A stretch of DNA of 64,000 nt from an uncultured Acidobacteriota bacterium (lineage in GTDB: Bacteria; Acidobacteriota; Thermoanaerobaculia; UBA5066; Gp7-AA6): contig CAWGKP010000006.1 in NCBI GenBank assembly GCA_963823185.1, forward strand, positions 215,113-279,112, read 5' to 3'. The notes beneath the pieces were generated by a model that ran no database searches, was not told where the DNA came from, and saw only the letters and a list, made by a program, of their open reading frames with translations. Shown here piece by piece: positions 17,877 through 25,093 of the stretch. A program made the translations under genes and the position numbers. How positions within the stretch are numbered: position 1 is the first letter of the stretch; each line of letters begins with the position of its first letter.

Positions 17877-18169
17877 CGCGCGGGCGCCGCCTTCGCGATC
17901 CGGTAGCCGAGCACGACGATCGTCTTCAGGGTCTCGATCGCCGTGCGCCGGTCGTATTCCTTCTCGCTCTCCGAGAGCGACTCGTACGGCACGAGGCTCG
18001 GGTGCTCCTTCTTGGCGTCGTCGCGCCGCGGGCCGTAGCGCCAGCCGTCGGCGAGGCGCTGCCGCGCCCAGTTCTCGTGCGTGTTGCGGGCGAGCAGCTC
18101 GGTCAGCTCGACGACGTCCGGCGGGAGCCGGACGCCCGAGGTGTCTCTCGGCGCGGGGCGATAGTCCAC
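17873..18169 (-). CDS. stand-alone RyR (ryanodine-receptor repeat) domain protein, 98 aa
   Basis: The tail of track ORF 17873..19129(-) reads LLARNTHENWARQRLADGWRYGPRRDDAKKEHPSLVPYESLSESEKEYDRRTAIETLKTIVVLGY, which matches the RyR-domain consensus as I remember it. AGGAGG-N5-GTG start at 18169. Confidence 0.8.
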   Translation of the reverse strand: MDYRPAPRDTSGVRLPPDVVELTELLARNTHENWARQRLADGWRYGPRRDDAKKEHPSLVPYESLSESEKEYDRRTAIETLKTIVVLGYRIAKAAPAR

Positions 18170-18216
18170 GGCGGCCTCCTCTTTTCTTTCGGCAGCGCAG
18201 CCGGCGGCGTCCCCGG

Positions 18217-19188
18217 TCAGTTCACCTTGAATTTGAAGCCGTTGGGCGCCTGGATCTCGAAGGACTTCTTGTTGTTGCGCGGCGGAGGTTTCGGCGCGAC
18301 GGGCGCCGGGCGGATGTCGAACGCGAAGCGATAGGGCGCGCTCCTCTTCCCGTCGTTGTCCACGAGCGTGGCGTCGAGGACGACGTGCTCGGTGAGCGGC
18401 GAGGAGAGCCAGAAGGCGTAGCTGCCCGACGTGCGGCCGGTCATCCCCTCGAGCTCCATCGTCCACGGGCGGAAGGACGCGCCCTGCACCGGCTCGAATT
18501 TGACGAGCGCGGCGTCGCCCTTCTTGTCGGTGAAGTGGAGCACGAAGTTTCCGCGCTGGCCCTGAACGATCGGCGTCGGTGGAACCTCGATCGACTCGAT
18601 CTTGGGCGAGTGGCCGCGCGTGGCGAGAAAAGCGCCGCCGCCGACGAGGAGCGCCGCGACGGCCACGAGGCCGAGCGCGCGCGTCGAGACGCCGGAGGGC
18701 TTTGCCGCGGGAGCCGCGGGCGGGATCGCGGGAGCGGAGATCGACGGCCGGGATACCGCGACGCCCGTCTCGCTCGCGCGGCTCGGGCGGGCGAGCAGGA
18801 GTTTGACCGTCTCGGCGAGCCGATCGAGGTGCGCCTCCACCGAAGGCGTGTACGCGTCCAGCCAGTGCGAAGAGCTGATGAAGTACTCGAGCGTCTTGCC
18901 GAGCGGGACGTCCTCGATGCGCAGCGGGATGATCGCGACGCCCTTGTGCACGGCGCGCTCGACCTCCCGCTTGATCTGCGGCGACTTGTTCGCCGCGGCC
19001 GAGAAGACGAGCACCATGACCTTGCTCGCGCCGATGGCGTCCACGATCGCGGCGCCCCAGTCGAGACCGGGCAGGATGTCGCGCGGCGCGATCCAGCAGC
19101 GCACGCCATGGCGCTCGAGCGTGGCACACACGGCGTCCGCGACCGGCTTGTCGGCCGTCGAGTAGCTGACGAAGACCTCGTGCGCCAT
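18217..19188 (-). CDS. TIR-domain protein with single TM helix and C-terminal extracytoplasmic beta-rich domain
   Basis: From MAHEVFVSYSTADKPVADAVCATLERHGVRCWIAPRDILPGLDWGAAIVDAIGASKVMVLVFSAAANKSPQIKREVERA (TIR_2-type signature). This is followed by a Pro/Ala linker, a TM helix (ALGLVAVAALLVGGGAFLA) and a ~130-aa beta-rich C-terminal domain. I prefer ATG 19188 to the track start at 19230. Confidence 0.85.
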   Translation of the reverse strand: MAHEVFVSYSTADKPVADAVCATLERHGVRCWIAPRDILPGLDWGAAIVDAIGASKVMVLVFSAAANKSPQIKREVERAVHKGVAIIPLRIEDVPLGKTLEYFISSSHWLDAYTPSVEAHLDRLAETVKLLLARPSRASETGVAVSRPSISAPAIPPAAPAAKPSGVSTRALGLVAVAALLVGGGAFLATRGHSPKIESIEVPPTPIVQGQRGNFVLHFTDKKGDAALVKFEPVQGASFRPWTMELEGMTGRTSGSYAFWLSSPLTEHVVLDATLVDNDGKRSAPYRFAFDIRPAPVAPKPPPRNNKKSFEIQAPNGFKFKVN

Positions 19189-19265
19189 GGTCTGTCGAGT
19201 CGAGAGCGCGGGGATCTTATAACCGCGCACCCGGCACGAAGGGGCTACGGGGCGGTGCGGAGAGA

Positions 19266-19478
19266 CTACGGCGCCGCCCGGTGCATCACGTCCGGCTCGA
19301 AGACCTCCTCGATCAGCTTCCCGAAGACCTGGGCGATGCCGAACGCGAGCGGCAGGCTCGGGTCGTAGCGGCCGGTCTCGATCGCGTTGACGGTCTGGCG
19401 CGAGACGCCGAGCCGCTCCGCCAGATCCGCCTGCGACCAGTCGCGCTCGGCACGTAAAACCCGGAGGCGGTTCTTCAT
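19266..19478 (-). CDS. XRE-family helix-turn-helix transcriptional regulator (70 aa)
   Basis: MKNRLRVLRAERDWSQADLAERLGVSRQTVNAIETGRYDPSLPLAFGIAQVFGKLIEEVF. ATGA overlaps the upstream membrane-protein gene. Confidence 0.9.
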   Translation of the reverse strand: MKNRLRVLRAERDWSQADLAERLGVSRQTVNAIETGRYDPSLPLAFGIAQVFGKLIEEVFEPDVMHRAAP

Positions 19479-20062
19479 CGGTAGCGACGGTTCGCGAGAA
19501 CCATTCCGACGCCGCACGTGAGGACGAGGACTCCCGCCATCCAGACCCAGTTCAATCTCGGTAGACCAGCGGCTTCGAGCGCGGCGCCGGCCAGGGCGGC
19601 GAACAGCGAAACGACGAACCCGAATGCGAGCGCCTCCTGGGCGATGCGGCGCTGCAACTCGTCGGCGCGGCGCGCGATGCGGATCGTGCTCCAGGCGAAG
19701 AGAGCAGCGGGAGCGAGCGGCAGCAGCGCGGCGAAGAGCGCGAGAGGCGATCCCTTCGGCGCCTTCTCGTGGAGGCCGAGAAAGAAGATGAAGCTGAGCA
19801 TGCCGGCTTCCATCAGGGCCGCATCGTCCTGGCGCCTCCACATGCGGAGGATGGCCCACGCCGCCAGCGCGAGCCCGGCCACCGAAACGACACCGAACGA
19901 AAGCGCGTAGCTCGACCCCGGCACCCGCAATGCGCGCCCGGTGGCCACGAACGCGAGGATGAAGACGGCGGCGCCAATTCCCATCAGGATCAGGTCCGGT
20001 CCCGACTCCTTCATCGGCCTCACTCCGGAGGGACCGCAAATGCCCAATTCGACATGAGACAT
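19475..20062 (-). CDS. small polytopic membrane protein paired with the XRE regulator
   Basis: About 4 TM helices. Start chosen at ATG 20062 (AGGA 6 nt upstream). ATG 20014 and the track start 20110 are alternatives. Confidence 0.7.
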   Translation of the reverse strand: MSHVELGICGPSGVRPMKESGPDLILMGIGAAVFILAFVATGRALRVPGSSYALSFGVVSVAGLALAAWAILRMWRRQDDAALMEAGMLSFIFFLGLHEKAPKGSPLALFAALLPLAPAALFAWSTIRIARRADELQRRIAQEALAFGFVVSLFAALAGAALEAAGLPRLNWVWMAGVLVLTCGVGMVLANRRYR

Positions 20063-20162
20063 CGGTTTCCTCGCTTTCTGGATCATGGATAGGTCGTGCA
20101 TGCTTGGCAAAATGTAAAGTTATCTTGTCATACGTGGCCGACGAATCGTTGTTTTAGGATCA

Positions 20163-20191
20163 TTGACTTACGCCTTATTTACGCCTAACGT
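20163..20191 (+). promoter_or_regulatory. sigma70-like promoter with embedded direct-repeat operator upstream of imuA
   Basis: TTGACT-17 nt-TAACGT. The spacer carries AyTTACGCCT twice at 11-nt phasing. The first 25 nt match 38698..38722 (upstream of dnaE2) at 24/25 positions. Confidence 0.65.
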
Positions 20192-20217
20192 GGCCCTCCT
20201 TCGATTCGGAGGTCCGC

Positions 20218-21072
20218 ATGGGCGCATCACAGGCTCTCGCGATCGAGCGGTTGCTCGCGGAGAGCCTTGGCTCCGCGAAGAAGAAGGACGGCGTCCTGCT
20301 CGCCGGCCTCGGCGCCCGGCTCCGTCGCGCCTCGGAGCTCGCCGCCCCGCTCGAAACGCCGGGCGCGCTGCCGACGGCGCTCGCGCCGCTCGACCGCCTG
20401 CTTCTCGGAGGGCTCCCGAAGGGACGGCTCGTCGAGCTCTCGGGGCCGCGTTCGTGCGGGCGCTTCTCGCTCGGAATCGCGGCGCTCGCGGCGGCGACGT
20501 CGAGCGGCCTCGCCGCGGCGCTCGTGGATCTCGGCGATCACCTCGACCCGCAGGCGGCCGAGGGCGCGGGCGTGGACCTGCGATATCTCCTCTGGGCGCG
20601 GCCTCGGCGCGTCCGGGAAGCGCTCGCGGCGGCCGAGATGCTGCTCGCCGCGGGCTTCCCGCTCGTCGTCGCGGACCTGGGGCTCGCGGCGCGCACGCGC
20701 GGAACGCCCGACGCCGCGTGGGTGCGCCTGGCGCGCGCGGCCGCGGCGCAGGGGGCGGCGCTCCTTCTTTCGACGCCGTGGCGCGCGAGCGGCATCGCCG
20801 CCGACGCGGTCGTCTCGGCTTCCCGCGCGCATCCGGTCTGGCGGGGAAGCGGCCGCGCGCCGCGCCTTCTCGCCGGTCTCGCCTCGCGGCTGATGCTCGA
20901 GAAGCTCGGCCGCGCGACACCGGGAGCGGCCGTGCCGTCGGTTTTCCACGCCGCGGAGGCGCTCCCGGTGTTTCCGCCCCAGGCGTCTTTCGCCGCCTAC
21001 GAGGCGATTCGCGAAATTCCCGGGAACCCGTCGAATCCGGCATTGAAGCTCATGAGCCGGACGATCCCCTGA
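20218..21072 (+). CDS. imuA: ImuA-like RecA/SulA-fold protein of the imuA-imuB-dnaE2 mutagenesis system
   Basis: 284 aa. LDRLLLGGLPKGRLVELSGPRSCGRFSLGIAALAAA...ALVDLGDHLDPQAAEGAGVDLRYLLWARP is the typical ImuA core. It lies directly upstream of imuB, with GGAGG-N5-ATG. Confidence 0.75.
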   Translation: MGASQALAIERLLAESLGSAKKKDGVLLAGLGARLRRASELAAPLETPGALPTALAPLDRLLLGGLPKGRLVELSGPRSCGRFSLGIAALAAATSSGLAAALVDLGDHLDPQAAEGAGVDLRYLLWARPRRVREALAAAEMLLAAGFPLVVADLGLAARTRGTPDAAWVRLARAAAAQGAALLLSTPWRASGIAADAVVSASRAHPVWRGSGRAPRLLAGLASRLMLEKLGRATPGAAVPSVFHAAEALPVFPPQASFAAYEAIREIPGNPSNPALKLMSRTIP

Positions 21073-21094
21073 CCTCGACTCATTTAGAAGTCAA

Positions 21095-22738
21095 GTGACC
21101 CGAATGCGCCTCGCGTGCGTCCTCGTTCCGCTCTTCCCTCTTGCGGCCCGTCTGCGCAGCGAGCCGGACCTCAAAGGAGAGGCCGTCGTCCTCGTCGAAG
21201 GCAACGGTAACGCCGCGCGCGTGATCGCCGCGTCGCGTCCGGCGCGCCGCGCCGGCGTGGATGCGGGCATGACGCTGCCCCAGGCGCGGGCGCTCGTGCC
21301 GAAGCTGCTGGCGCGCGCGCGAGACCGCGAGAGCGAGCGCGCGGCGCAGGAGGCGATGCTCGAAGTCGCCGACGCGTTCTCGCCGCGCGTCGAGGACGGC
21401 GGCGAGGGCGTGATGTACCTCGACCTCGAGGGCATCCCGGCGCTGTCGGGCGACCACAAGCACAAGGGCCGCCCCGACGGTGATTCGGCGCTGAAGGTAG
21501 GGACGGGGGTGAGCGCCGGGCGAACCCGGCGCTTGTCGCGCTCTGCGAGCGCTCGGTGCGTCCCCGCCGGTGATCCGGAACCCGAGCGCGCGCTCGGCCG
21601 CGACCTCATCGCCGCCGTCGAGAAGACGGGCCTGCCCGCGCGCGCCGGCATCGCCTCCTCCAAGCTCGCCGCACGCGTCGCGGCGGGGCTGCCCGATTCG
21701 CCGGGAGTCGTGCCTCCGGGTGAAGAAGCGGAATTCCTCGCGCCGCTGCCGCTCGCGCGCCTGTCGCCGGAGATCGGGATCTCCGAGACGCTCGGGAGAT
21801 GGGGTCTGCGCTCGATCGGAGATTTCGCGAAGCTGCCTCCCGGCGAGATCGAGAGCCGGCTCGGGTCGCTCGGGCGGCGGCTGCACGCGTCCGCACGCGG
21901 GCGGGATCTCCGACCGCTCGAGCCGCGCCTGCCGGCGCTCTGTCTCTCCGAGGGCCTGGAGCTCGAGTGGCCGCTCGTCACGCTCGAGCCCTTTCTCTTC
22001 GTCGGCCACGCGGCGCTCGAACGGCTCACGGCGCGCCTCGACGGGCTGGGGCTCGCCTGCCGCCGGCTCGAGCTGACGATGACGCTCGATCCCGACGGCT
22101 GCGACGCGCGCGCGATCGCGCTGCCCGCGCCGACGCGCGACGTGAAGACGCTGCTGACGCTCGTGCGCCTGGAGCTCGAGGCGCGGCCTCCCGGGTCGCC
22201 CGTCGTCGGCTTCACTTTCGCCGCGCATCCCGACAAGCCGCGCCGCGCGCAACTTGCCCTCTTCGGGCCGCCGGCGCTGTCGCCCGACCGCCTCGCCACG
22301 ACGATCGCGCGTCTGGCCGCGCTGCTCGGCGCCGACCGCGTCGTCTCGCCCCGCGCCGCCGACGGCCACCGCCCCGAGCGCTTCGCCTCCTCCGGATACG
22401 AGCCGCCGCCTCCTCCCGAGATCGCGCGGCCGCCGCGCGCGGGACGCGGGCTCCTCGCCGTGCGCGTGCTGCGTCCGCCGGTGGAGCTCGAGGTCATGGA
22501 ATCTCCGGGAGATCCGGCCGGCCGGCCGGCCCGCGTCCGGTCCGCGCGCGACGCGACCCCCGAGATCGCGGGATCGGTGCGCGTGGCGGCGGGGCCCTGG
22601 TCCATGGAAGAAGGCTGGTGGTCCGACGCCCCTGCCGCGCGCGACTACTGGGACGTGGAGCTCGCCGAAGGCGGCCTCTACCGCCTCTACCGCGACCGCG
22701 CGTCGCGCGCGTGGTTCGCCGACGGCGTCTACGATTAG
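21095..22738 (+). CDS. imuB: ImuB, Y-family DNA-polymerase-like protein
   Basis: 547 aa. N-terminal [15 protein letters not shown]...VVLVEG...[17 protein letters not shown] and the C-terminal [19 protein letters not shown]...WFADGVYD tail are typical of ImuB. Confidence 0.85.
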   Translation: MTRMRLACVLVPLFPLAARLRSEPDLKGEAVVLVEGNGNAARVIAASRPARRAGVDAGMTLPQARALVPKLLARARDRESERAAQEAMLEVADAFSPRVEDGGEGVMYLDLEGIPALSGDHKHKGRPDGDSALKVGTGVSAGRTRRLSRSASARCVPAGDPEPERALGRDLIAAVEKTGLPARAGIASSKLAARVAAGLPDSPGVVPPGEEAEFLAPLPLARLSPEIGISETLGRWGLRSIGDFAKLPPGEIESRLGSLGRRLHASARGRDLRPLEPRLPALCLSEGLELEWPLVTLEPFLFVGHAALERLTARLDGLGLACRRLELTMTLDPDGCDARAIALPAPTRDVKTLLTLVRLELEARPPGSPVVGFTFAAHPDKPRRAQLALFGPPALSPDRLATTIARLAALLGADRVVSPRAADGHRPERFASSGYEPPPPPEIARPPRAGRGLLAVRVLRPPVELEVMESPGDPAGRPARVRSARDATPEIAGSVRVAAGPWSMEEGWWSDAPAARDYWDVELAEGGLYRLYRDRASRAWFADGVYD

Positions 22739-22744
22739 GCGGAC

Positions 22745-22811
22745 GGGGGCGGGGACGAGCCCCGCCCCTACGCATGCAATCCGATCGTAGGGGCGGCCCT
22801 CGCGGCCGCCC
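22745..22811. repeat. pair of REP-like hairpins in opposite orientation
   Basis: GGGGGCGGGGACGAGCCCCGCCCCTAC (22745..22771), a 15-nt spacer, then GTAGGGGCGGCCCTCGCGGCCGCCC (22787..22811). Confidence 0.8.
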
Positions 22812-22862
22812 GATCGTTGTGGCGGAACTTTCGCATCTCCCGAGGACGGAAAGGAGACCGCC

Positions 22863-23012
22863 GTGATCCGAAAGCTTCCGTCGGGCCAGTACCGCCTCTA
22901 CTCGCGCAAGAAGGATCCGAAGACCGGCCGACGCCGTAATCTCGGGACTTTCAAGACGCGCGCCGCGGCCCAGCGCCACGAGAAGGCCGTCCAGTACTTC
23001 AAGCGACAATGA
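22863..23012 (+). CDS. small basic protein (49 aa), below the ORF-track size cut-off
   Basis: AAGGAG-N6-GTG, then [49 protein letters not shown]. It resembles a small conserved family I recall from other GC-rich bacteria. Not verified. Confidence 0.55.
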   Translation: MIRKLPSGQYRLYSRKKDPKTGRRRNLGTFKTRAAAQRHEKAVQYFKRQ

Positions 23013-23065
23013 GAGTCACGCCGCGGCGGCTGATATCGTCGGACCGCGTTCGAGCGTAGCGCGCC

Positions 23066-23554
23066 ATGACATCGAGCGACGAATCGGATCGCCGGCTCCT
23101 GCGGCACGCGGTGGCGACACTCGCGTACCGCGGCGCCCGGGCCGCGCGCGGCGCGCCGCCGGAGTTCGCGTCCTTTCGCGCCGCCGCCTCGACGCGGACG
23201 CCGGCGGAGATCCTCGCGCACGTCGGCGACCTGCTCGATTGGGCCCTGAGCCTCTGCCGCGGCCAGGAGGTCTGGAAGGACTCGCCGCCGCTCCCGTGGA
23301 AGGATGGCGTCGCGCGCTTTCACGAGGGGCTCGCGCGGCTCGACGCGGCGCTCGCGGCCGGCGGCCCGCTCGGCTGTCCGGCCGAGAAGCTCTTTCAAGG
23401 TCCGATCGCCGACGCGCTGACGCACGTCGGACAGATCTCGATGCTGCGGCGGATGGCGGGCGCGCCCGTCCGAGGCGAGAACTTCTTCCGCGCGGAGATC
23501 GCCGCGGGCCGCGTCGGGCCCGATCAGGCGACGCCCAAGCGCGAGTTCGATTGA
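23066..23554 (+). CDS. DinB-family (four-helix-bundle) protein
   Basis: 162 aa. The size and the HVGDLLDW...THVGQISMLRR His-containing helices fit the DinB_2-like pattern. Confidence 0.75.
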   Translation: MTSSDESDRRLLRHAVATLAYRGARAARGAPPEFASFRAAASTRTPAEILAHVGDLLDWALSLCRGQEVWKDSPPLPWKDGVARFHEGLARLDAALAAGGPLGCPAEKLFQGPIADALTHVGQISMLRRMAGAPVRGENFFRAEIAAGRVGPDQATPKREFD

Positions 23555-25086
23555 AGCCGGCGCGCCGGACCCGGGCGGCGCCGGCCGCGCTTGCGCTTGC
23601 GTTTGCCCTGGCGCAGGCGGCGGCCTCCGTCTCCTGCGAGCGCCCGGCGGAAAGCGCCGCGAGGCGTCTCATCGGGCTCTGGATGCGGGAGACGGGGGCG
23701 CCGGCGGCGCAGATCACGGCCGCACGGCGCGGACAGGTTCTCTGGAGCGAGGCGTTCGGGCAGGCGAACGTCGAGCTGGGCGCCCCGGCCACGACGCACA
23801 CGCGGTTCCGCATCGGCAGCGTCTCGAAGTCGCTGACGTCGGCGGCGCTCGGCGCGCTCGTCGAGGAGGGCCGACTCGATCTCGACGCGCCGATCCAGAA
23901 GTACCTGCCGGACTATCCCGAGAAGCCGTGGCCGGTCACGTCGCGGCAGCTCGCGGGCCACCTCGCCGGTGTGCGCCACTACCAGGGCGACGAGTTCGAG
24001 AGCGCGCGCCACTTCGACTCGGTGCGCGCGAGCCTTGCCGTCTTCGAGAACGATCCCCTGCTCTTCGAGCCGGGCACGCGCTATTCGTACTCCTCGTACG
24101 GATGGAACCTGCTGTCGGCCGTCCTCGAGAAGGCGGCGGGCGAACCGTTTCTGGATCTCATGCGGCGGCGCGTCTTCGAGCCGGCGGGGCTCGCGGAGAC
24201 CGCGGCGGACGACCCGCTGACGATCGTCCCGCGGCGAGCGAGCTTCTACACGCTCGACGAGAAGACCGGCGCGCTCCGCAACGCGCGCGCCGTGGACAAC
24301 AGCGTGAAGTGGGCGAGCGGCGGCTTCGTCTCGACGACCGAAGATCTCGTCCGGTTCGCGGAAGCGCTGCGCGCAGGGCGGCTGCTCCGTCCCGAGACCG
24401 TGCGGCTCCTCTGGACGTCGCTCGCGACGCGCGACGGAAAAGAAACCGAGTACGGCTTCGGGTGGGGCGTGGGACGCGACCCGCGTGGCCGGCGAACCGT
24501 GAGTCACAGCGGCGGCGCGCAGGGCGGCACGGCGTACCTGATCCTGTATCCGGACGAGGACTTCGCGGTCGCGATGCTCGTCAACAGCGACGTCTCGTTC
24601 ACGCGCCGGACGCCGCGCCTCGCGCGGCTCCTGCTGGACGGCGTGGACTCCGAGCGACTCTGGGACGACGGCGCGGGCCTGTCGCTCATGCTGCCGGAGA
24701 GCTGGTGGACGCGCTACGAGGCGGACGTGAAGACGGGCGCCGCCGCCGAGGCGATCCGGCCGAAGGCCGCCGAGGTCGTGCGCTTCACCTATCTGCCGAC
24801 GCAGCGGGCGCGGGGCGATCGGACGCTCCTCACACTCGCGGTGTTCTCACGCGGCGATTGGGATGCGCTCGCGCGAGCGCTCGACAAAGCGCCGCCGGGC
24901 GACGTCGTCGGGGAATCCGGCGGCCGCATCGTCGTCGCGGAGGTTCCCTCGTCCGATCCCTATCCCGCCGGGAGCCCGGACGCCAGAGCCTTCGCCGCGA
25001 TGCGGCTCGACGCCGCGGCGGTGCGCCGGTCGCTGACGCTGCGCGCCGCGCCGGCGGGGACGGTCACGGCCGCTCGGATACAGTAG
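23551..25086 (+). CDS. beta-lactamase-related serine hydrolase (class C/PBP4*-like)
   Basis: C-terminal part of track ORF 23239..25086. Signal peptide, SxxK (SVSKS), YSSYGW and HSGG motifs. The TTG start overlaps the upstream stop (TTGA). Confidence 0.85.
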   Translation: MKPARRTRAAPAALALAFALAQAAASVSCERPAESAARRLIGLWMRETGAPAAQITAARRGQVLWSEAFGQANVELGAPATTHTRFRIGSVSKSLTSAALGALVEEGRLDLDAPIQKYLPDYPEKPWPVTSRQLAGHLAGVRHYQGDEFESARHFDSVRASLAVFENDPLLFEPGTRYSYSSYGWNLLSAVLEKAAGEPFLDLMRRRVFEPAGLAETAADDPLTIVPRRASFYTLDEKTGALRNARAVDNSVKWASGGFVSTTEDLVRFAEALRAGRLLRPETVRLLWTSLATRDGKETEYGFGWGVGRDPRGRRTVSHSGGAQGGTAYLILYPDEDFAVAMLVNSDVSFTRRTPRLARLLLDGVDSERLWDDGAGLSLMLPESWWTRYEADVKTGAAAEAIRPKAAEVVRFTYLPTQRARGDRTLLTLAVFSRGDWDALARALDKAPPGDVVGESGGRIVVAEVPSSDPYPAGSPDARAFAAMRLDAAAVRRSLTLRAAPAGTVTAARIQ

Positions 25087-25093
25087 GCGCACC

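Noticed and set aside
16836-19188. TIR operon as a compositionally distinct horizontally acquired island
   Set aside because: By eye its GC content and codon style look only marginally different from the surroundings, and no flanking tRNA, integrase or direct repeats are present. I cannot support an island call without computed statistics.
20163-21098. Alternative-frame ORFs over imuA (20163..21098 +, 20168..21043 -, 20267..20893 +)
   Set aside because: These are Arg/Pro/Ala-rich nonsense translations. The 20218..21072 frame has the ImuA-like RecA-fold pattern and a GGAGG RBS.
23551-25086. Beta-lactamase-fold genes (also 34250..35236) as antibiotic-resistance determinants
   Set aside because: Only the generic serine-hydrolase motifs are visible. 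This fold includes many esterases and peptidases. The class-A-like protein has HRTG instead of KTG. No resistance claim is justified from sequence alone.
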